From NCBI GenBank assembly GCA_039811685.1, contig JBDHZC010000004.1:160001-224000 (forward strand): a DNA stretch of 64,000 nt, in the 5' to 3' direction. The position numbers and the translations under genes are program-made. This document shows positions 1 to 9,542 of the stretch, piece by piece. Numbering within the stretch: position 1 is the stretch's first letter; each line of letters opens with the position of its first letter. This DNA comes from Armatimonadota bacterium. Lineage in GTDB: Bacteria > Armatimonadota > UBA5829 > DSUL01. The notes beneath the pieces are model-generated. The model had not been told where the DNA came from. It made no database searches and saw only the letters and a program-made list of their open reading frames with translations.

Positions 1-324
1 GCCACGCGCTTTACCAATGCCGGTGAGAAGGGGCAGGTTCTAACAGTGCCGATTGCGCATGGTGAAGGCAACTACTACTGCGATGACAAGACTCTGAAAA
101 GTCTGCGTGACAACGCTCAGATTATCCTGCGCTATACGTCTCCAACAGGAGAGTTGGACGATGCCTTCAATCCCAACGGATCAATTGACAGTATTGCGGG
201 CATCACTAATGTTCAGGGCAATGTCGCTGGAATGATGCCGCATCCGGAGCGCGCGTGCGAGCCAGTACTCGGCTCAAGTGACGGCCTGGTGCTGCTGAAG
301 TCTCTTCTCAAGCAGCCGTCGTAA
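1..324 (+). CDS. purQ: Phosphoribosylformylglycinamidine synthase subunit PurQ (5'-truncated by window edge)
   Basis: Frame 1 is open from base 1 ([25 protein letters not shown]...). [12 protein letters not shown] and GMMPHPER glutaminase motifs are present. Lies directly upstream of purL. Confidence 0.95.
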   Translation, partial: ATRFTNAGEKGQVLTVPIAHGEGNYYCDDKTLKSLRDNAQIILRYTSPTGELDDAFNPNGSIDSIAGITNVQGNVAGMMPHPERACEPVLGSSDGLVLLKSLLKQPS

Positions 325-350
325 CCTGTGACAGCAAGAATCTTTTGTGA

Positions 351-2606
351 ATGACAATGTCCGAAGCAACTCTAACTGAACCAGCCATAACTCCTGCTGT
401 CTGGCGGGAGATGGGACTCAACGACCAGGAATATGAGACCATCGTGCAGACACTTGGGCGAACTCCCACCTATACAGAGCTCGGGATGTACGCTGTCATG
501 TGGAGTGAGCACTGCGGTTACAAATACAGCCGCCCGGTGTTGCGCCTGTTTAAGCGCTATCGGGAGCAGCTTGATCAGGGAGCGCTGGAGAATGCGGGCG
601 TGGTGAACATTGGCAATGGCTATGGCATTGCGATGAAGATGGAGAGCCACAACCATCCAAGCGCCGTCGAGCCGTTCCAGGGGGCGGCGACTGGTGTGGG
701 GGGCATTCTCCGGGATATCTTTACTATGGGCGCGCGCCCGATAGCCTCTCTGAATTCCCTCCGCTTCGGGACTCTTGACGATTCTCACGTACGCTATCTC
801 TTTGAGCACGTTGTCGCCGGCATCGGTTTCTATGGCAACTGTGTTGGAGTTCCCACGGTTGGCGGCGAAGTTTACTTCGACAAGTGTTACGCGGGTAACC
901 CGCTGGTGAATGCCATGGCTGTGGGCATTGTCCGCACGGACGAAATCGCCAGCGCGGCCGGACGTGGCACTGGGAACTCAGTTATGATCGTTGGCTCGCG
1001 TACAGGGCGGGATGGGATCCACGGCGCGACATTCGCATCGGTGGAGCTTGGCCCGGATTCGGAGTCGAAGCGGCCAAACGTGCAGATGGGCGACCCATTC
1101 ATGGAGAAACTGCTCATTGAGGCTACTCTGGAGGCTCTGGCGACCGGGCACATCGTCGGAATCCAGGATATGGGGGCGGCCGGAATTACCTGCAGCACCT
1201 GCGAGATGAGCGCCAAAGCGGACGCTGGAATGGATGTTGAGATCGCGCTTGTACCGCAGCGCGAAGAGGGTATGACGCCGTATGAGATCATGCTGAGTGA
1301 GTCTCAGGAGCGTATGCTGGCGGTGGTTGAGCGCGGCCGCGAGCCCGAAGTTGAAGCCGTTTTCAAGAAATGGGGACTGAACGCGGTGGTTATCGGACAG
1401 GTTACGGATGACGGTCTCGTGCGCATTCGTCACCACGGTAGGGTCGTAGCTGATGTGCCGGCGAAGTCTCTGGCAGATGACTGCCCCACCTACCAGCTCG
1501 AAGCCGGGGAGCCAGCGTACTTTTCCGCGCTTCGCAACCGTAGTCTGGCGGATGTCCGGGTCTCGGATTACTCCAGGACACTGCTCGATCTGCTCGCCCG
1601 CCCTACCATCGCTTCCAAAGCCTGGATCTGGGAGCAGTACGACCACATGGTGCAGACCAATACGGCGGTCTTTCCGGGGTCAGACGCGGCGGTGCTGCGT
1701 ATCCGCGGGCTGAAACAGGGCATTGCACTCACCACAGACTGTAACAGCCGTTTTGTCTATCTCGACCCACTCATCGGAGCGAGTCTGGCCGTCTATGAAG
1801 CAGCGCGCAATCTGGCCTGCTCCGGTGCTCGCCCGCAGGCCGTGACTGACTGCCTGAATTTTGCGAATCCTGAAAAGCCCGAAGGGTTCTGGCAGTTTGC
1901 AGAGGCAGTCAAAGGTATCGCGCGCTCCTGCGAAGAGTTGGACACTCCCGTCATCTCCGGAAACGTCAGCTTCTACAACGAGACGCCGGAAACTGCAATC
2001 TATCCGACTCCAACAATCGGAATGCTGGGTGTTCTCGATGATGTTGACCTGCGCATCACCTCTGCCTTCAAAAACGAGGGCGACGCTGTTGTGCTGCTGC
2101 ACGTCGGATGGCCCGATGATCCGGATGCAGGGCTGGCCGGATCTGAGCTGCAGACTATGCTCAAGGACGAAATTTACGGTCCTCTGCCGACCTTTGAACC
2201 CGCCCGGCACCAGGCTCTCATAGACTTGCTCGTCAGTCTCAGCAACGCCGGTTGCCTCAAGTCCGCTCATGACGTGGCGGAAGGCGGGCTGAGCGTCTGT
2301 CTGGCGGAGTGTGCGATTCAGGGAAAGCTCGGTTTTGATGTTGAAATTGAGTCGCCGCTGGGAGTTGATGCGTCTCTGTTTGGAGAGTTGCCCGGATTTG
2401 TCGTCGTCAGCGCAGACAAAGGCGCTGTGTCTGATATACTGAAAGATGCCGGAGCCCGGGGTCTCGAGTGCGCGCAGATTGGTTGCGTGGGAGGCTCCCG
2501 ACTCTCAATCAGTGTCGCGGGACGCGCCGTCGCTGGTGTCGAATTGTCTGAGGCAGCCGACGCCTATTCTACTTCCATTTCCACTGCAATGGCTGCAGAG
2601 TCCTGA
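351..2606 (+). CDS. purL: Phosphoribosylformylglycinamidine synthase subunit PurL (small type)
   Basis: MWSEHC, KMESHNHPS, GAATGVGGILRD, QDMGAAG, LSESQERM and SGNVSFYN motifs; 751 aa. Confidence 0.98.
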   Translation: MTMSEATLTEPAITPAVWREMGLNDQEYETIVQTLGRTPTYTELGMYAVMWSEHCGYKYSRPVLRLFKRYREQLDQGALENAGVVNIGNGYGIAMKMESHNHPSAVEPFQGAATGVGGILRDIFTMGARPIASLNSLRFGTLDDSHVRYLFEHVVAGIGFYGNCVGVPTVGGEVYFDKCYAGNPLVNAMAVGIVRTDEIASAAGRGTGNSVMIVGSRTGRDGIHGATFASVELGPDSESKRPNVQMGDPFMEKLLIEATLEALATGHIVGIQDMGAAGITCSTCEMSAKADAGMDVEIALVPQREEGMTPYEIMLSESQERMLAVVERGREPEVEAVFKKWGLNAVVIGQVTDDGLVRIRHHGRVVADVPAKSLADDCPTYQLEAGEPAYFSALRNRSLADVRVSDYSRTLLDLLARPTIASKAWIWEQYDHMVQTNTAVFPGSDAAVLRIRGLKQGIALTTDCNSRFVYLDPLIGASLAVYEAARNLACSGARPQAVTDCLNFANPEKPEGFWQFAEAVKGIARSCEELDTPVISGNVSFYNETPETAIYPTPTIGMLGVLDDVDLRITSAFKNEGDAVVLLHVGWPDDPDAGLAGSELQTMLKDEIYGPLPTFEPARHQALIDLLVSLSNAGCLKSAHDVAEGGLSVCLAECAIQGKLGFDVEIESPLGVDASLFGELPGFVVVSADKGAVSDILKDAGARGLECAQIGCVGGSRLSISVAGRAVAGVELSEAADAYSTSISTAMAAES

Positions 2607-2663
2607 TCTCGGAGGGTTGGTTGATAACCAGGAGCAGATCACATCCGGGTGAAAGCTGAGTGT

Positions 2664-4157
2664 ATGCCTGAAACCGATCATCTTCATGAAGAGTGTGGAA
2701 TCTTCGCTATCTGGGCGCCCGGCGAAGATGTAGCGCGCATCACCTATTTCGGCCTTTTTGCTCTGCAGCACCGTGGACAGGAAGGCGCGGGCATTGCTGT
2801 AAGTGATGGTGAGCGCCTGCAAGTGCACAAGGATATGGGACTGGTCACCCAGGTATTCCGCGACGAGAGCACTCTGGAAGGCCTTAAGGGCCGCTGTGCA
2901 ATCGGGCATACGCGTTACTCCACAACCGGATCCAACGTTTTCTGCAACACACAGCCTCTGATCACTCCGTCCAAATGGGGGCCGCTCGCGGTATCGCACA
3001 ACGGGGGGCTGGTCAACGCTTTGCAGGTCCGTGAGGAACTCGAGGCAAGCGGCGTCGAGTTTGAGACGACAAACGACACAGAGGTGATTGGCCGGCTCAT
3101 TGCGCACAGCTCTCACGACGATCTGGAAGAAGCGATTGCGGACATGATGATGACCATCCGTGGCGCTTACTCGGTGGTTATGCTCACGGAAAAGGCACTC
3201 TATGTCTTTCGCGACAGCTACGGCGTGCGACCGCTTTGCATCGGAAGACTCAACGGGGACCATCTGGTTTTTGCCAGTGAGACCAGCGCGCTGAACGTAG
3301 TTGGCGCTCACTACGTCAGAGACGTGCAGCCTGGTGAGCTGGTGATCGTTGATGAAAACGGTGTGCGAGAGCGCCGCGTGATGCCCTCACACCGCCATGC
3401 AATCTGCGTTTTTGAGTTCATCTACTTTGCGAGACCGGACTCCAAAATGTACGACAAGAGCGTGCACGCTGTGCGGCAGCGGCTGGGCCACGAGTTGGCT
3501 CTGGAACATCCCGCGCCCGGAGCGCACATCGTCTTTCCGATTCCCGATACGGGGACGCCTGCCGCTATTGGCTTTGCCCAGGCGTCCGGTATTCCCTACG
3601 GGGAAGGTGTCATCAAAAACCGCTACATTCACCGCACGTTTATCAATCCCAACCAGCGCATGCGCGAGCTTGGTGTGCGCATGAAGCTCACGCCTTTGCG
3701 AGAGACACTCGCAGGCAAAAAAGTTGTGATGGTGGATGATACGATTGTGCGTGGTACAACGACGGCCGCTACTGTCAAAATGCTGCGTGAAGCTGGCGCT
3801 GCGGAAGTGCATGTGCGCATCACAGCGCCACCCTACCGCTATCCGTGCTTTTACGGAATTGACACAGGCAATCCGGAAGAGCTGATTGCTGCGCGAATGG
3901 ACGTTGATGAAATTCGGCAGAAAATCGGCGCTGATACGCTCGGTTATTTGAGTCTTCGCGGTCTTATTCGTGCTGTTGGCCTGCACCGCAACAACATGTG
4001 CATGGCATGTCTGGACGGCCGCTACCCCATTAAGCTGCCGGAGAAGGGGTTGGGCAAAAATGTCTTCGAGGTCGAGCCAGACGACCCGGAACCGGAGGAC
4101 AACCAGTTGCCCGGTGAAGAATACTCCCCTGTAGCCTCCGACACTGCGAAGCATTGA
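2664..4157 (+). CDS. purF: Amidophosphoribosyltransferase
   Basis: Short propeptide then catalytic EECGIF; LQHRGQE, GHTRYST and PRPP-binding VDDTIVRGTT motifs; Fe-S cysteines CVFE, PCFYG and CMAC. ATG at 2664 is preferred over GTG at 2649. Confidence 0.97.
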   Translation: MPETDHLHEECGIFAIWAPGEDVARITYFGLFALQHRGQEGAGIAVSDGERLQVHKDMGLVTQVFRDESTLEGLKGRCAIGHTRYSTTGSNVFCNTQPLITPSKWGPLAVSHNGGLVNALQVREELEASGVEFETTNDTEVIGRLIAHSSHDDLEEAIADMMMTIRGAYSVVMLTEKALYVFRDSYGVRPLCIGRLNGDHLVFASETSALNVVGAHYVRDVQPGELVIVDENGVRERRVMPSHRHAICVFEFIYFARPDSKMYDKSVHAVRQRLGHELALEHPAPGAHIVFPIPDTGTPAAIGFAQASGIPYGEGVIKNRYIHRTFINPNQRMRELGVRMKLTPLRETLAGKKVVMVDDTIVRGTTTAATVKMLREAGAAEVHVRITAPPYRYPCFYGIDTGNPEELIAARMDVDEIRQKIGADTLGYLSLRGLIRAVGLHRNNMCMACLDGRYPIKLPEKGLGKNVFEVEPDDPEPEDNQLPGEEYSPVASDTAKH

Positions 4158-4205
4158 AAGGACCTGGCAGAGCCCTTCGCACCTCGCTCTTATGAGAGGA
4201 GACCA

Positions 4206-5243
4206 ATGAGCCAACCGCTGACCTATCGTGATGCCGGCGTAGATATCGACGCCGGGATGACTGCTGTGGAAAAGATGAAAGAGGCCGTGCGCAAGACGTA
4301 CACGCCTCAGGTCATCTCCGCGACGGGCGCCTTTGCCGGGCTGTTTTGCGCGGACTTCTCCCATATGGAGGAGCCCGTCCTGGTTTCCAGCATCGACAGC
4401 GTTGGCACGAAGATCAGTGTTGCCGCAGCGACCGGCCGTTATACCGCCGCAGGGCGCGATCTCGTCAACCATTGCGTGAACGACATCCTGGTGGCCAGTG
4501 CCAGGCCTCTTTTCTTCTTGGACTATTTCGCTGCTGGCAAGCTGGATCCCGATGCGGCGGCGGATATGGTTCGAGGCGCAGCGGAAGCGTGCGAGGAAAA
4601 CGGATGCGCGCTCATTGGTGGAGAGACAGCAGAGTTGCCTGGCATCTATGCGCCAGGCGAATGCGATCTGGCGGGCTGCATTGTGGGGTTGACTGAGCGC
4701 TCCAGAATCCCAAACCCATCTTCAGTGACGCCGGGAGACGCCATTATCGGGCTGGCTTCGGAGGGGCTGCATACTAACGGATTCTCACTTGCCCGCGCCG
4801 CGCTTTTGACCTCCGGGGCGTTCCAGCTTGATTCCTACATTCCGGAGTTAGGACAGACGCTGGCGGATGCGCTACTTGCGCCGCACAGGAGCTACCTCCA
4901 CAGCGTGATGTCGGCGCTTGACGACAATCTCCCGATCCGGGCAATGGCGCATATCACCGGAGGGGGCCTGTACGACAACATTCCCAGAGTCCTGCCACCG
5001 GATGCGAAGGCGGATATTGACCGCCGAAGCTGGACGCCTCCGCCGATTTTCGACCTGATCCAGAAAACTGCGCAAGTACCTGACACGGACATGCACCGTA
5101 CCTTCAATATGGGGATCGGGATGGCGCTGGTTGTGCCGCGGGAGGATGGACGCCCGATTTGCCAGTACTTTGAGGAACACGGCGAGGTAGCCTGGCAGAT
5201 AGGGGAGATTGTGAAGGGCGCCTGCGAAGTCCAGATCATCTGA
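4206..5243 (+). CDS. purM: Phosphoribosylformylglycinamidine cyclo-ligase (AIR synthase)
   Basis: YRDAGVDI, DSVGTK, FFLDYFA, GGETAELPG, GLHTNG, HITGGG and TFNMGIG motifs. Confidence 0.97.
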   Translation: MSQPLTYRDAGVDIDAGMTAVEKMKEAVRKTYTPQVISATGAFAGLFCADFSHMEEPVLVSSIDSVGTKISVAAATGRYTAAGRDLVNHCVNDILVASARPLFFLDYFAAGKLDPDAAADMVRGAAEACEENGCALIGGETAELPGIYAPGECDLAGCIVGLTERSRIPNPSSVTPGDAIIGLASEGLHTNGFSLARAALLTSGAFQLDSYIPELGQTLADALLAPHRSYLHSVMSALDDNLPIRAMAHITGGGLYDNIPRVLPPDAKADIDRRSWTPPPIFDLIQKTAQVPDTDMHRTFNMGIGMALVVPREDGRPICQYFEEHGEVAWQIGEIVKGACEVQII

Positions 5244-5914
5244 TGGCTATGACCGGTACCCCGATTCGTATCGCGGTTCTCGTTGGCGCTAGAGGGCGAG
5301 GGAGCAACATGCAGGCCATCGTCAAGGCCTGTCAGAGTGGTGAGATTGCGGGAGAAGTTGTGTGTGTTATTGGTCCTCGCGACGGCGCGCCAGCTCTGGA
5401 AATCGCAGCCTCTCGAGGCATATTGACACGTGTGTGCCCGTTCGACCCTGCTCAGCCAGAGACATCTGAAGACCGGCTGCGTCAGACTCTGGATGAAGTG
5501 AAGCCCGACCTTATCCTGCTTGCCGGATATATGCGGCGTCTGGGGAGGAGTCTCGTACAGCGCTACGCAGGGCGAATTATGAACATTCACCCCGGCCTCA
5601 TTCCCAGCTTCTGCGGAGAAGGGATGTATGGACATCACGTCCATCAAGCCGTCATTGACTCCGGCGTGCGCTACTCCGGGTGTACAGTTCATTTTGTCGA
5701 TGAGGGCTATGACACTGGTCCAATTATCGACCAGACCATCGTGGCTGTTCAGCAGGATGACACAGCAGAGAGCCTCGCAGAACGTATTCTCGAACAGGAA
5801 CATCTGTTGTACTCGCGTTGTGCCCAGCTTTTCGCACAGGGACGCCTCAGAATAGAAGGGCGCCGCGTACGTATTCTGCCGGAAGTAGCCTCTGAAGCGA
5901 AGGCCGCCCGGTGA
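5243..5914 (+). CDS. purN: Phosphoribosylglycinamide formyltransferase
   Basis: GSNMQA, LAGYMR, NIHP and GCTVHFVDEGYDTGPII motifs; translationally coupled to purM (TGATG). Confidence 0.96.
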   Translation: MAMTGTPIRIAVLVGARGRGSNMQAIVKACQSGEIAGEVVCVIGPRDGAPALEIAASRGILTRVCPFDPAQPETSEDRLRQTLDEVKPDLILLAGYMRRLGRSLVQRYAGRIMNIHPGLIPSFCGEGMYGHHVHQAVIDSGVRYSGCTVHFVDEGYDTGPIIDQTIVAVQQDDTAESLAERILEQEHLLYSRCAQLFAQGRLRIEGRRVRILPEVASEAKAAR

Positions 5915-5932
5915 CAGGCTGCCGTGGTTGTC

Positions 5933-5961
5933 TTGACGTGCTTTTACTCAGCCGTTATACT
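5933..5961 (+). promoter_or_regulatory. sigma70-type promoter for the ZTP riboswitch-purH leader
   Basis: TTGACG (5933-5938), 17-nt spacer, TATACT (5956-5961). Confidence 0.8.
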
Positions 5962-5980
5962 TCCGAATAGACAACGCAGA

Positions 5981-6078
5981 ACACCGGCGTGACTGGCGAT
6001 AGATCGTGGATAACCACGGGGGAGCGCCGGGTGTGAGAGTGTCAGGTTTCACCTCTGACAAGCCGCTCGCCTGGGCAG
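5981..6078 (+). ncRNA. ZMP/ZTP (pfl) riboswitch
   Basis: Hallmark GTGACTGGCG...GTGG-ATAA-CCAC-GGGGGAGC core, P1 CACCGGCG/CGCCGGGTG and 3' GCCGCTCGCCTGGGCA element. GGCGA(5995-5999)/TCGCC(6067-6071) can form the pseudoknot. It sits upstream of purH, the canonical target. Confidence 0.92.
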
Positions 6079-6110
6079 CCTTTACGGCGACGCCCGGGCG
6101 TTTTGCATTT
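6068..6110 (+). terminator. Riboswitch expression-platform intrinsic terminator
   Basis: CGCCTGGGC (6068-6076) pairs with GCCCGGGCG (6092-6100), followed by TTTTGCATTT. It overlaps the aptamer 3' element, as expected for an ON switch. Confidence 0.8.
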
Positions 6111-6141
6111 GTGGCGTCGCCTCCGCAATTGGGAGACGAAC

Positions 6142-7716
6142 ATGACCACAAGTATCACCAGAGCGCTCATCAGCGTCTCTGACAAGACCGGAATTGTTGA
6201 CTTCGCACGTGAGCTCGCCAGCCTGGGAATTGAGCTTATCTCCACGGGTGGTACCGCCAGGACGCTGCGCGAAGCGGGACTCACTGTTAAGGACGTGAGC
6301 GACCTCACTGGCTTTCCAGAGATGATGGATGGCCGCGTCAAGACGCTGCATCCCAGAATTCATGGCGGAATCTTGCAGGTGCGGTCCAATCCGGAGCATC
6401 AGAAAGCTGCCTCGCAGCACGGGGTCGTCCCCATTGACCTCGTGTGCGTAAACCTCTACCCTTTCCGCGAGACCGTCAGTCGTGCTGGAGTTACGGTAGA
6501 GGAAGCCATTGAGAATATTGACATTGGCGGTCCAAGCATGGTGCGCTCTGCGGCCAAGAATTTCCGGGATGTCGTCGTGCTTGTCGAACCGGATGATTAC
6601 GCGCGGGTGCTTGAGGCAATCAAACAGGGTGGGGAAGTGCCGTTCGAGCTTCGCGCTGAGCTTGCTACGCGAGCGTTTCAGCATACGGCCGCCTACGACG
6701 CTGCGATCAGCGCGTGGATGGCTGACAATCTACCGCAACAGAAGCCTCAGGATGTTTTTCCATCGTCACTTGTGCTTTCTCTTGAACGGCACCAGTCCTT
6801 GCGCTACGGTGAGAACCCTCATCAATCCGCTGCGTTTTACCGCAATTCAGGTTTCCACGGTGTCTCTCTGACGAATGCTCAGCAGCTGGGAGGCAAAGAG
6901 CTTTCGTACAACAATATTGTAGATCTGGATGCAGCGATGGAACTGATCCTGGAGTTTGACACTCCGGCATGCGCTATCATCAAGCATACCAACCCGTGCG
7001 GCCTGGCGACGCGCTCCACCCTTGCTGAGGCTTTTTCAAAAGCTCGTGAGGGTGATCCAATCTCGGCGTTTGGAGGAATCATCGCGGTCAATCGGCCCGT
7101 AGACGTTGAAACAGCCGAAGCTATCACTGGCCCGCAGACATTTTTCGAAGCTATCCTTGCGCCAGATTTTTCAGAGGATGCGCTCCCGATTCTGAAAGAG
7201 AAAAAGAAGTGGGGGGCCAATCTCCGGCTGTTGCGCGTGGACCTCAAGGGCGCCCGGCCGCGCACCGTGCTGAAAAACGTGGCCGGAGGACTTCTCGTAC
7301 AGACTGCGGACCTTGAGACTTTAGATGAAAGCAACCTGAGCGTGCCGACAAAGCGGGGGCCGACTGAAGCGGAGTGGGAGCAGCTGCGCTTTGCCTGGAA
7401 AGCTGTCAAGCATGTAAAGTCCAACGCCATTGTGCTCGTTCGAGATCTGATGCTCATTGGCGTTGGAGCCGGACAGATGAACCGGGTAGGGTCGGTAAAG
7501 ATCGCCGCCGAGCAGGCCGGTGAGAAATCCAAAGGCTGCGTCCTTGCCTCCGACGCTTTCTTTCCCAAATCGGATGGCCCCGAAGAGGCGGCACGAGCCG
7601 GAGTCACGGCGATCATCCAACCGGGTGGATCTGTTGAGGATCCTAATGTCATCGCCGTCGCAGACGCTAACAATATGGCGATGGTTTTCACCGGCCTTCG
7701 CCACTTCAGGCATTGA
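6142..7716 (+). CDS. purH: Bifunctional AICAR transformylase/IMP cyclohydrolase
   Basis: RALISVSDKTG, GRVKTLHP, IDIGG, LRYGENPHQ, KHTNPCG, SDAFF and RHFRH motifs. ATG 6142 has a GGGAG RBS. Confidence 0.98.
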   Translation: MTTSITRALISVSDKTGIVDFARELASLGIELISTGGTARTLREAGLTVKDVSDLTGFPEMMDGRVKTLHPRIHGGILQVRSNPEHQKAASQHGVVPIDLVCVNLYPFRETVSRAGVTVEEAIENIDIGGPSMVRSAAKNFRDVVVLVEPDDYARVLEAIKQGGEVPFELRAELATRAFQHTAAYDAAISAWMADNLPQQKPQDVFPSSLVLSLERHQSLRYGENPHQSAAFYRNSGFHGVSLTNAQQLGGKELSYNNIVDLDAAMELILEFDTPACAIIKHTNPCGLATRSTLAEAFSKAREGDPISAFGGIIAVNRPVDVETAEAITGPQTFFEAILAPDFSEDALPILKEKKKWGANLRLLRVDLKGARPRTVLKNVAGGLLVQTADLETLDESNLSVPTKRGPTEAEWEQLRFAWKAVKHVKSNAIVLVRDLMLIGVGAGQMNRVGSVKIAAEQAGEKSKGCVLASDAFFPKSDGPEEAARAGVTAIIQPGGSVEDPNVIAVADANNMAMVFTGLRHFRH

Positions 7717-7749
7717 GGCATTCTCATGCGGAAAGGCGGCCTGCGCCAG

Positions 7750-7856
7750 CCGGCGGTTGAAACCGCGTCTTTGGAAACGAAGTCTCCCTGCGGAGACTGC
7801 CGATCCCAGCCTGCGCAGGCAGGCTTTGTGCGAATAGCCGCGACTTCAGTCGCCGG
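7750..7856. repeat. Inverted doublet of 49-bp REP-like elements
   Basis: 7750-7798 and the reverse complement of 7808-7856 align without gaps. Each has two hairpins with compensatory changes (GCGGT-TGAA-ACCGC vs GCGAC-TGAA-GTCGC; AGTCTC..GAGACT vs AGCCTG..CAGGCT). Confidence 0.8.
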
Positions 7857-7885
7857 GGCGGAGTCGCCGTCCAGGAAGCATCACC

Positions 7886-9370
7886 ATGAACGCAATCGTT
7901 ATCCTGATGGATTCTTTGAATCGCCACTTTCTGAAAGCGTATGGCAATGACTGGGTCGCAACACCCAACATTGACCGTCTGGCTGCACGCTCAGTGGTTT
8001 TCGATCGGCATTACATCGGAAGCATGCCCTGTATGCCAGCCCGCCATGACCTGTGGACCGGGAATCTGGAGTTTCTGTGGCGCCCGTGGGGACCGATTGA
8101 ACCTGGCGAAGTAACGTTGCCGCAGAGGCTGGCCGGAAAGGCGACGCGTCAGTTAGTTACGGATCACTACCATTTCTTTGAAAAGGGAGGCGAAACGTAT
8201 CACGTAGATTTTGACGGGTGGGAGTTCATTCGTGGGCAGGAAAATGACCCCTGGATCACGCGCCCAAATAGTGTGGAGGTCAAGGGAGTCTGCACTCAGC
8301 GCTACAAGAACACCATGTCCCGGCTTCAGCGTGAGGAGGATTTCTTCTCAGCGCGCACGTTCCAGGCTGCCGCGGACTGGCTTGAGGACAACCACGCTCA
8401 GCACGAGCAGTTTCTGCTGTTCATTGATGAGTTTGATCCTCACGAACCGTTCCATTGTAGCGAGCCGTACAACTCTATGTATGACCCGCAGTGGCAGGAT
8501 GCGCCTCTTTTCTGGCCGTCGTACGGGCCGTCCCAGCGCTACTCTCCTGAGGAGCTGAAGCATCTGCGCGCTCAATATGCTGGCAAATTGACGATGGCCG
8601 ATCGCTGGCTTGGACGCGTGCTGGACAAGCTGGATGAGCATGGGCTGTGGGAAGACACGCTGGTCATCCTCACCACCGATCACGGGCATTTTCTCGGCGA
8701 GCACGAATGGGTGGGAAAGGGTATCTATCCGCAGTTCCAGCCCATAGCGCACATTCCGCTGATGATCGCGTGCCCTGGAGTGGAGCCGCGCCGGACCAAT
8801 GCGCTGTCAACGGTTGTGGACATCTGCGCAACGGTTCTGGATGCTATGGGCGTGCCGCCTGGAGAGATGGACGGGCGCTCCCTTATGCCTGTCTTGAGGG
8901 GTGAATCCGAACGGGTGCGCGACTGGGCGCTCTATGGATGGTTCGGAGCGTACATGCAGATAACTGATGGAGACTACACCTATCTGCGGGCTCCTGAAAG
9001 TTCGGACAACGACCCGCTCTACGTCTATCGTCTCACCTGGAATACCGCTCCGTGGTGGAGCATTCCCGTCCCGGACGATCGCCTGGAGATCGCGCGGTTT
9101 CACCCACGGGAGCGCCGTATGATCGGCCGGATCAGGCTGACCGAAGAGGAAAAGGCAAAGCTTGGCGTCACCGCCGCGCAGGTTTCTCAGCCAACGCAGC
9201 TCTACGACGTTCGCACCGATGAGGCTCAGTCTCGAGATCTTGCAGGGAACCAGGACTTGCGACGTCATTATGAAACTCTGCTGGCTTGCGCGATGCAAGA
9301 GGCAGGCTGCCCACCCGAGCAGTTCGAGCGCCTTGGAATATCTGAGCGAACTGAAGTGACAGCCGGATAA
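7886..9370 (+). CDS. Sulfatase (Cys-type, formylglycine-dependent family)
   Basis: N-terminal ILMDSL, CMPARHDLWTG (CxPxR), DPHEP and TTDHG motifs; no obvious signal peptide. Confidence 0.9.
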   Translation: MNAIVILMDSLNRHFLKAYGNDWVATPNIDRLAARSVVFDRHYIGSMPCMPARHDLWTGNLEFLWRPWGPIEPGEVTLPQRLAGKATRQLVTDHYHFFEKGGETYHVDFDGWEFIRGQENDPWITRPNSVEVKGVCTQRYKNTMSRLQREEDFFSARTFQAAADWLEDNHAQHEQFLLFIDEFDPHEPFHCSEPYNSMYDPQWQDAPLFWPSYGPSQRYSPEELKHLRAQYAGKLTMADRWLGRVLDKLDEHGLWEDTLVILTTDHGHFLGEHEWVGKGIYPQFQPIAHIPLMIACPGVEPRRTNALSTVVDICATVLDAMGVPPGEMDGRSLMPVLRGESERVRDWALYGWFGAYMQITDGDYTYLRAPESSDNDPLYVYRLTWNTAPWWSIPVPDDRLEIARFHPRERRMIGRIRLTEEEKAKLGVTAAQVSQPTQLYDVRTDEAQSRDLAGNQDLRRHYETLLACAMQEAGCPPEQFERLGISERTEVTAG

Positions 9371-9542
9371 CGCCTGGGCCGGAAACCAGAATGCCCTGTA
9401 AATGCGTCCTCTGCGCTCCCGAATGAGGCCGTATGGACTTCAGAGCACGGATTTTCCCAGTTCGATGTGTCGCGGGTGTGGTAGAATAGCCGTAGTCGAG
9501 GGCGATGCGTTCCGGGCGCATCGGAGGGAGAGAAAAGCTGTT

